DNA of 64,000 bases, taken from assembly GCA_041910055.1 (NCBI GenBank), contig JAYRRP010000006.1:5057-69056 (forward strand), read 5' to 3'. The notes beneath the pieces were generated by a model. That model was given only the letters and a program-made list of their open reading frames with translations. It had not been told where the DNA came from and did not search any database. Source of the DNA: Candidatus Saccharimonadales bacterium (lineage in GTDB: Bacteria; Patescibacteriota; Saccharimonadia; Saccharimonadales; JAYRRP01). Made by a program: the position numbers and the translations under genes. This document shows positions 57,987-64,000 of the stretch, in pieces (the stretch's first letter is position 1; every line of letters begins with the position of its first letter).

Positions 57987-59282
57987 TTACCAGTTATGGT
58001 TTGCCAGCCAGTAATTATACGCTCCAGCCCAACCACCGTGTCGGGTGTTCGCATACCAGGAGCACCATTTGAGCTGAGTAACTGGATTGGTTGCCCAATC
58101 ACTACCCTGGCTTGCCATCTTGATTGCCGGTGTGGACTGGCATAATCCGTAACCACGTAAACTGCTCGGTGAATAGCGTTCTTCATAGTAAGCCGGGCAA
58201 TAGCCAGCTTGTCCTTGCCACTTCGTATGACACCAGCCAGATTCACGGCTGACTATATAGTTTACATAGGCATAATCAGAAGATGAGATACCTGCTGCGA
58301 CCATCAATGAAGTTTTGTCTTCTGGGATAGCCACCGCCCGACCGCGGGCAACGATCTTTTTGACTGGTTCTGCGACAGTAACTTCTTGAATCTTCGTCCG
58401 CTTAACCTCCTGGCCGTTCTGTATATCCAGCTGATATGTTATTAGCTTCTTGCCAGGACTTCCTTCTTGCCGCACGACAGTAGTACCAAATGACAGGCTG
58501 TCATCCTGAACTGTCTCGGTAGGAGCCGGAATGGCTTCTTCCGTCGTGGCAATCTGTGTCCCTACCCTGGCAACGAATACTTGTGCATTTGGAGCCAACG
58601 GAGTTTCAGCTGCCGGTACGACTACATCTTGGCTGCCAACTTTGACGTTTTTCTCTTTCAGCAAATCGCCAACAGTTTTCGCCCTTGTCCTTACTGCAGT
58701 AAGTGTTCCGTACAGATTAAGGTTCGCGGGGGTGGCTCGATCAATCACCACCTTCTCGCCGATCCCCTCTTCTAGCACATTATCGGCGGGCACCACTGTA
58801 AGTTTATCCTCTGGATAAACAGTCACACCTGCCTCAGAAACCTTTCTGACTGGAGTTGGGCCAGCATTATAGGCGTAGGTCTTTTTGCTGCCATCAATGA
58901 TGGTAACAGGTCGAGCCCGGTAAACATTAATCCGGAAATTGTCCTCGACAATTGGCTCGGTAAGTGCAGGCTCTACCCGGTCGCCCTCTTGGACGCTAAT
59001 ATTCAGTCTTTTGAGGAGCTCACCGACATTTGCTGCCCTGGTTGGTACCGTTTGCACCTTATTGTCATAGTTCACTATTACCGTTCGCGCATCCGAAGGG
59101 CTATAATTCTTGCTCCCAAAACCAACAAAGAGTATTACACTCACACCAAACAACACCAACAAAGTCACCACCGGCACCACTAATGGATGGTGCCGCAGTC
59201 TGCTGGCCCGTTTCGTCCGGTGACGGTGTTGCGAAACTGCATACCGCCTGCTCAATTTCTTAAATCTATGCATAGATGTCAA
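57987..59282 (-). CDS. cell-wall hydrolase with DUF348 repeats, G5 domain and C-terminal lysozyme/transglycosylase-like domain (RpfB/YabE architecture)
   Basis: N-terminal TM helix. Repeated DUF348-like units (TVGDLLK...V..D.V.P). G5-like segment (VVRQEGSPGKKLITYQ). C-terminal IVSRESGW...GYGLCQ...W motif. Confidence 0.75.
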   Translation of the reverse strand: MTSMHRFKKLSRRYAVSQHRHRTKRASRLRHHPLVVPVVTLLVLFGVSVILFVGFGSKNYSPSDARTVIVNYDNKVQTVPTRAANVGELLKRLNISVQEGDRVEPALTEPIVEDNFRINVYRARPVTIIDGSKKTYAYNAGPTPVRKVSEAGVTVYPEDKLTVVPADNVLEEGIGEKVVIDRATPANLNLYGTLTAVRTRAKTVGDLLKEKNVKVGSQDVVVPAAETPLAPNAQVFVARVGTQIATTEEAIPAPTETVQDDSLSFGTTVVRQEGSPGKKLITYQLDIQNGQEVKRTKIQEVTVAEPVKKIVARGRAVAIPEDKTSLMVAAGISSSDYAYVNYIVSRESGWCHTKWQGQAGYCPAYYEERYSPSSLRGYGLCQSTPAIKMASQGSDWATNPVTQLKWCSWYANTRHGGWAGAYNYWLANHNW

Positions 59283-59359
59283 AAAAAGTGGCTACAAATG
59301 AATGATAGCCACTTACTAGTCTACCAAATAGGTTGTTTTCGTCTAGAGGGAGTAAGGTA

Positions 59360-61501
59360 TTAACATTTTTCGATAGGCGCAAAAGCAATGTTGAGTTTCT
59401 TCGCCCCTTTGCCTTTAAAGTACACAACAGCAGTATCACCGCTTAGTTCCATAACGGTTCCCTGGCCAAACAATTTATGGCGAACTGCATCACCCTCATT
59501 CAATTCTGGTACGTACTGTGGCTCACTAGAATCTTGTGGCATCTGGGCTGATCTATCCTCCCCGCCATAAAATCCACTGGCCGTCTCAGCTTCAATTTCA
59601 CTTAAGAACCTGCTCGGAGGATTATGATGCACGCCACCATACAGTAAGCGAGCATTCGCATGGATAAGATAGAGCTCCTCTTTCGCACGTGTCATCCCAA
59701 CGTAGCACAGTCGCCGTTCCTCTTCCATCTCCGACTGGTCATATAGCGCACGGGAATGAGGAAAGACCGTTTCTTCCATGCCAATGATAAATACCGCGGG
59801 GAATTCTAATCCTTTGGCTGCATGTAAAGTCATTAGTGTTACGGCGTTACTGCCAAAATCAGCTCTGTCCACATCACTCACCAGCGCTACTTCTTCCAGA
59901 AAACCATCCAGCCCCTCATTCTGATATTCCTGTGCCACACTAATAAGTTCACGGACATTCTCTTGACGCGATTCACCCTGCAATGTGCCATCATCCAAAT
60001 ACTTTATATAATCCAGGCGTCTGATAAGCGTATCAATCAAGCCAGAAACAGTAGTCTCATCATTGAGCTCTCGAAGCCTTGCAAGCGTTTCATCGAGCTC
60101 GCGGAAAGCGGATTTAGCCTTTGGAGTTAGCGTGGTACATTCATCAGCTCGTTTCAGAGCTGTTGCTAACGTCATGCTTTCCTGCTGCCGCCAGTCCCAG
60201 AAGTTTTGGAGTGATTTTGCACCAATTCCGCGAGTCGGTACGTTCACAATCCGCTCAAAGCTAATCCGATCCTCTGGCTGATATATAAGTCGTAAGTACG
60301 CGATAATGTCTTTTATTTCTTTGCGGTCATAAAACCGTTGGCCGCCAACAATTCTATATGGCAAGCCATAGTGCACAAACGTCTCTTCAATTGAACGGCT
60401 CTGGGCATTGGTGCGATATAACACTGCAAAATCTGCGTATCGTCTTAAGCCCATCTCCACTGCAGTTTTTATGCGGCGCACTATCATCTCACCCTCAGCA
60501 CGTTCATTAGATGCCGGTAACACCTGCACTGGCAGACCGCCGTCTTTGGCAGTCCATAATTTCTTATCTGACCGCTGTACATTTTTCGCAATAATAAGGT
60601 GGGCTGCATCTAAAATTGGCTTAGTGCTACGGTAATTTTGTTCAAGTTTAATGACCGTGCAGTTCGGATAATCTTTCTCAAAGTTCAATATGTTACGAAA
60701 ATCTGCACCGCGCCAGCTATAGACGCTCTGCCAATCGTCACCTACCACCGCTACGTTATGCTTGGCATTGGTCAGGAGCTTCACTAACTTATACTGGGCC
60801 GCGTTCGTGTCCTGATACTCATCAATGAGTATGTACTTGAACTGTTGCTGCCACTTATCACGGATTGGCGGTTGGGTTTGTAACATACTCACCGTACGGC
60901 CAATGAGATCATCAAAATCAAGGGCCGATGCCTGGTGTAGAATTCGCTCATACAAAGGAAATACTTGTCCAGCAATGCGGCCAGCGGGGGACGAATCAGC
61001 GTGAGCATATTGTTCGGGTCGCATCAACTCGTTCTTGGCGCTACTAATCAAGTTAGCAATCACACGTGGAGGAAAGGCTTTTTCATCTATCATCAGCTCT
61101 TTGCTAGCTTGCTTAACCGCGTTCAAACGATCTGTTTCATCAAATATCACAAAACTGCGCGGAATACCGACTTGCTCGCCGTCTTGCCTTAAGATTCGTA
61201 CGCAAATGGAATGAAAAGTGCCCGCGTAAGGTAGAAATGCTCTGTCTTCGGCATGCGCCCCCATAAGCTTTGCTACCCGTTCGCGGAGCTCCCGAGCCGC
61301 TTTATTAGTGAACGTCACGGCCAAAATATTGTAGGGTGAGGCTTTTTTGCTGGCAATTAAGTACGCAATGCGATGGGTAAGCGTCTTGGTCTTCCCACTC
61401 CCTGCACCGGCCTGAATCAACAACGGCCCCTCAGTCGTTTCAACCGCCCGCTTTTGCTCCGGATTTAACCCAACAAACAAGTCATCTTGTGATACCACCA
61501 A
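59360..61501 (-). CDS. pcrA: ATP-dependent DNA helicase PcrA/UvrD
   Basis: SF1 motifs AGAGSGKT, DEYQDTN, VGDDWQSVYSWRGA and a C-terminal Tudor-like tail. Confidence 0.9.
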   Translation of the reverse strand: MVVSQDDLFVGLNPEQKRAVETTEGPLLIQAGAGSGKTKTLTHRIAYLIASKKASPYNILAVTFTNKAARELRERVAKLMGAHAEDRAFLPYAGTFHSICVRILRQDGEQVGIPRSFVIFDETDRLNAVKQASKELMIDEKAFPPRVIANLISSAKNELMRPEQYAHADSSPAGRIAGQVFPLYERILHQASALDFDDLIGRTVSMLQTQPPIRDKWQQQFKYILIDEYQDTNAAQYKLVKLLTNAKHNVAVVGDDWQSVYSWRGADFRNILNFEKDYPNCTVIKLEQNYRSTKPILDAAHLIIAKNVQRSDKKLWTAKDGGLPVQVLPASNERAEGEMIVRRIKTAVEMGLRRYADFAVLYRTNAQSRSIEETFVHYGLPYRIVGGQRFYDRKEIKDIIAYLRLIYQPEDRISFERIVNVPTRGIGAKSLQNFWDWRQQESMTLATALKRADECTTLTPKAKSAFRELDETLARLRELNDETTVSGLIDTLIRRLDYIKYLDDGTLQGESRQENVRELISVAQEYQNEGLDGFLEEVALVSDVDRADFGSNAVTLMTLHAAKGLEFPAVFIIGMEETVFPHSRALYDQSEMEEERRLCYVGMTRAKEELYLIHANARLLYGGVHHNPPSRFLSEIEAETASGFYGGEDRSAQMPQDSSEPQYVPELNEGDAVRHKLFGQGTVMELSGDTAVVYFKGKGAKKLNIAFAPIEKC

Positions 61502-61546
61502 ACTATTGTATCAATTTAGGGTGTCTTGATCGCTATAGCTCTTTTA

Positions 61547-62131
61547 CTAATTCTTTATGACGTCCGTAAATGGTTGAACGGGCAAGTGGATAATGCCAGC
61601 ATCGGCTAAAAAGTTAGCGGCCACTAAACCAACTACTACGATGAATAACGCAACAATAAGTGCTGCCCTGATATTACGACGGCGCTTGACTGCCCCAACA
61701 GGAACAAAATATGTTTTGTCTTCTACTAGTTTCTCGTATTTTTCGTCCTGCTGTTTCTCAGCTGTATCTTCAGTTTTTTTGTTTTCTGCCTCATCAACTT
61801 CTTCTTTCTGTGATGACTCAATGATGGAATCATCCGCTTCAGCCGGTTTCTCTTCTTCTATTGGTTCATTTTTAGTCTCTTCTGCATCAGGTTTAGACGG
61901 TTTGTCTTCTGCCTCAGGAGGTTTTACATCCTTCGCAACCGTATTCTCCAGTTTTTCCTCGTCTTCTTTTTTTTCTTTAGGCACTGATACATCGGTGAGC
62001 TTTTTGCTAGACATCATAGGATCACGTAATAGCGTCCTGTGTGGGACGATTACTGGCCGTGCATTTGGATGGGCACTCGCTGAGCCCGGATTGGCTACAT
62101 CGAAGACTTTATCGTCCTTGCCGTTCGCCAT
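61547..62131 (-). CDS. hypothetical acidic protein with C-terminal TM anchor
   Basis: Lys/Glu/Asp-rich low-complexity centre and one TM helix near the C-terminus. Start uncertain (MANGKDD chosen). Confidence 0.5.
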   Translation of the reverse strand: MANGKDDKVFDVANPGSASAHPNARPVIVPHRTLLRDPMMSSKKLTDVSVPKEKKEDEEKLENTVAKDVKPPEAEDKPSKPDAEETKNEPIEEEKPAEADDSIIESSQKEEVDEAENKKTEDTAEKQQDEKYEKLVEDKTYFVPVGAVKRRRNIRAALIVALFIVVVGLVAANFLADAGIIHLPVQPFTDVIKN

Positions 62132-62924
62132 TGTTGCTCTCACCAGTACTAGATTGTTGCTGCAAACGATAGGCAGCTTCGACTATACCGCTAAATTTAT
62201 GGTAATTCAGACTGGCGCCACCGACGAGCACGCCGTCGCAACCTTCAATTTCTAAGTATCCGCGTGCAATCTGATCGTCTACGCTACCACCGTAGAGTAC
62301 ACGTACTAACTTGGCAGCCTTCGGTCCATACAATTCACGGATCTGGAAACGGATATAATCCATCGCTTCCTTGGCTTGAGTTGGTTTGGCCAACTCACCT
62401 TGAAAAGTACTAATTGCCCACACCGGTTCATAAGCAATAACAAGCCGTTGAATATCAGCCGAGGTGAGATTGCTAAGAGCAGTTGTAAGCTGATCATGTA
62501 AAACTTGTTTTGTCTCGCCCCCCCGCCGTTCTATCTGGGTTTCACCTATGCAAAGTATCGGCGTAATGTCATTTCTCACTGCCGCCGCAACTTTATCACG
62601 GATTAAATCAAGGTCTTCGCGGAAGTATAGTCGTCGTTCTGAGTGACCAATGATTGCATAGTGTACTAAATCTTGCAGCATAGTAAACGAAACTTCGCCA
62701 GTGTAAGCGCCCTCGTCCTTCGGATATGCATTTTGGGCGGCTAAGCGGAACTTCCGACGGTCTATTTGCATTGACATCGGCTGTAGCGTCAGTGCACTAG
62801 GTGCCAGCACAACTTCAATATCACGGTGAATCTTGATGCGCTCGTGCAAACGATGTACGAGCATGCTCGCCTGCGACGCATTCAAGTTCATCTTCCAGTT
62901 GCCGACAATAAGAGTTCGTGACAT
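62109..62924 (-). CDS. tpiA: triose-phosphate isomerase
   Basis: GNWKMN, IGHSERR and AYEPVWAI motifs. Short non-conserved C-terminal extension. Confidence 0.9.
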   Translation of the reverse strand: MSRTLIVGNWKMNLNASQASMLVHRLHERIKIHRDIEVVLAPSALTLQPMSMQIDRRKFRLAAQNAYPKDEGAYTGEVSFTMLQDLVHYAIIGHSERRLYFREDLDLIRDKVAAAVRNDITPILCIGETQIERRGGETKQVLHDQLTTALSNLTSADIQRLVIAYEPVWAISTFQGELAKPTQAKEAMDYIRFQIRELYGPKAAKLVRVLYGGSVDDQIARGYLEIEGCDGVLVGGASLNYHKFSGIVEAAYRLQQQSSTGESNNGERQGR

Positions 62925-62998
62925 TTCTGATAATTACTTTTCTTACTCCTTAGTCTACCATAAGCAGTATTGCGATTAGCATTTTATTTTTAGATATT

Positions 62999-64000
62999 TT
63001 ATTTGTCTTTCAACGCTTCGACACCAGGCAGTTTTTTCCCTGCCATCAGCTCTAAGCTAGCGCCACCACCAGTAGAAACGTGATCAAAGTATTCTATTTG
63101 ACCTTGGCTCTCCAGATAGCCGACTGTGTCACCTCCGCCAACCACACTAAACGGTTTATGCCCAAACTGGCCCAGCATCGCTTGCACCACCAGCTCAGTT
63201 CCGTGAGCAAATGGTCCTACTGGATCTTGCAAACTTGGCACTTCAGTGACTCCCATGGCTCCATTCCATAGCACCGTATTAGCCAGCTGCATACTGCCGG
63301 CAATAAATGAACCAGAGAAAGGCCCGATATCCAAAATCCGCTCGTCTTTACCAATGTGATACGCTCGGCGTGGCGGACGTTTGGGGTAATTTTCAACATC
63401 AGCAATCACATGTGCGCTCCAGTCAACTATCCGGGTGGGAGCCGACTTATCCACCTTGCTCGCCACCACCCCGTCTTGTGGCAAATAGAACACAAAATGC
63501 TGGCTCTTCGATTTTTCTTTGGCCGCTTTCATTATTTCTTTAGCTGTGGGTATATGCTCTGGTTCAGCAAGGCTGCTCCCTATCTCGATTCCCTCTGCTT
63601 TCAAAAAAGTATCTGCCATTGCACCACCTACAACGACAACGTCAGCAATGGTAATAAACTTCCTTAACACTTCAATTTTATCTGAGATTTTTGCTCCACC
63701 TACGATAGTCATCAGCGGGCGCCTGGGGTTTTCCATGGCATCAGTGATCGTACGAACTTCTTTTTCGAGTAAAAGTCCTGCAACAGCTGGTAAATAATGA
63801 GTGACGGCAGCCGTTGAGGCATGAGCACGGTGTACGACCCCGAACGCATCCTCCACAAAGACTTCCGCCAGACTTGCCAGTTTTTTGGCAAAACCTGTGT
63901 CGTTCTTTTCTTCTTCAGGGTGAAAGCGCAAGTTTTCGAGCAACAGCACCTGGCCAGGCTTAAGCGCGCGAGCCGCTTTCTCGGCTTCTACGCCCACACA
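62999..64000 (-). CDS. pgk: phosphoglycerate kinase (N-terminus outside window)
   Basis: LENLRFHPEEE, GGAKISDKI and STGGGASLE motifs. The frame is open to the window edge. Confidence 0.9.
   Translation of the reverse strand, partial: CVGVEAEKAARALKPGQVLLLENLRFHPEEEKNDTGFAKKLASLAEVFVEDAFGVVHRAHASTAAVTHYLPAVAGLLLEKEVRTITDAMENPRRPLMTIVGGAKISDKIEVLRKFITIADVVVVGGAMADTFLKAEGIEIGSSLAEPEHIPTAKEIMKAAKEKSKSQHFVFYLPQDGVVASKVDKSAPTRIVDWSAHVIADVENYPKRPPRRAYHIGKDERILDIGPFSGSFIAGSMQLANTVLWNGAMGVTEVPSLQDPVGPFAHGTELVVQAMLGQFGHKPFSVVGGGDTVGYLESQGQIEYFDHVSTGGGASLELMAGKKLPGVEALKDK

Noticed and set aside
61593-62255. The 220-aa plus-strand ORF, and similar long antisense ORFs such as 34352-34996, 37853-38164 and 38480-38917.
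   Set aside because: They lie entirely opposite well-supported minus-strand genes (acidic membrane protein/tpiA, atpD, b-like, cysteine desulfurase). They have Ser/Phe/Cys-rich shadow-frame composition and no start context.

Overview
This 64-kb window is mostly a minus-strand run of housekeeping genes. They include uvrA, uvrC, pcrA, sbcB, obg, alaS, metG, mnmA, an F1-type ATP synthase block, tpiA, pgk, mltG, ruvX, rsmA, secG and rplY. Many of the proteins are short (AlaRS 625 aa, MetRS 493 aa, UvrC 500 aa). That suggests a reduced-genome bacterium, possibly CPR/Saccharibacteria-like, but this is inference only because no searches were possible. I read five tRNA genes by eye, all with encoded CCA: Gly-GCC, Phe-GAA, Val-UAC, Leu-CAG and Leu-GAG. 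There is also a complete tmRNA gene at 56142-56533. The main accessory feature is a ~9.9-kb island (46289-56160) inserted in the 3' end of the tmRNA gene and bounded by a perfect 19-nt direct repeat. It carries a large serine recombinase, a tyrosine recombinase coupled to a DUF488 gene, a CsoR-controlled copper/metal cassette (DUF305, CPH-type P1B ATPase, CDF transporter) and a compact three-gene operon: TIR-like protein, 3-TM protein, small acidic protein. That operon is the best candidate here for an uncharacterised defence module. The serine recombinase gene reads through the right att core. The same reading frame stays open for 137 more codons beyond the left att core, so the excised circle would encode a longer recombinase (about 657 aa against 529 aa). 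A homologous recombinase at the window start ends inside tRNA-Gly at the equivalent alignment position. Other points: a duplicated tRNA-Val 3' fragment, an orphan Pup-ligase/deamidase-family gene, a WhiB-like regulator, two candidate 2H phosphoesterases, and an ATP synthase operon with no a/c subunit genes. All protein calls rest on motifs recognised by eye in the supplied translations, not on database hits.
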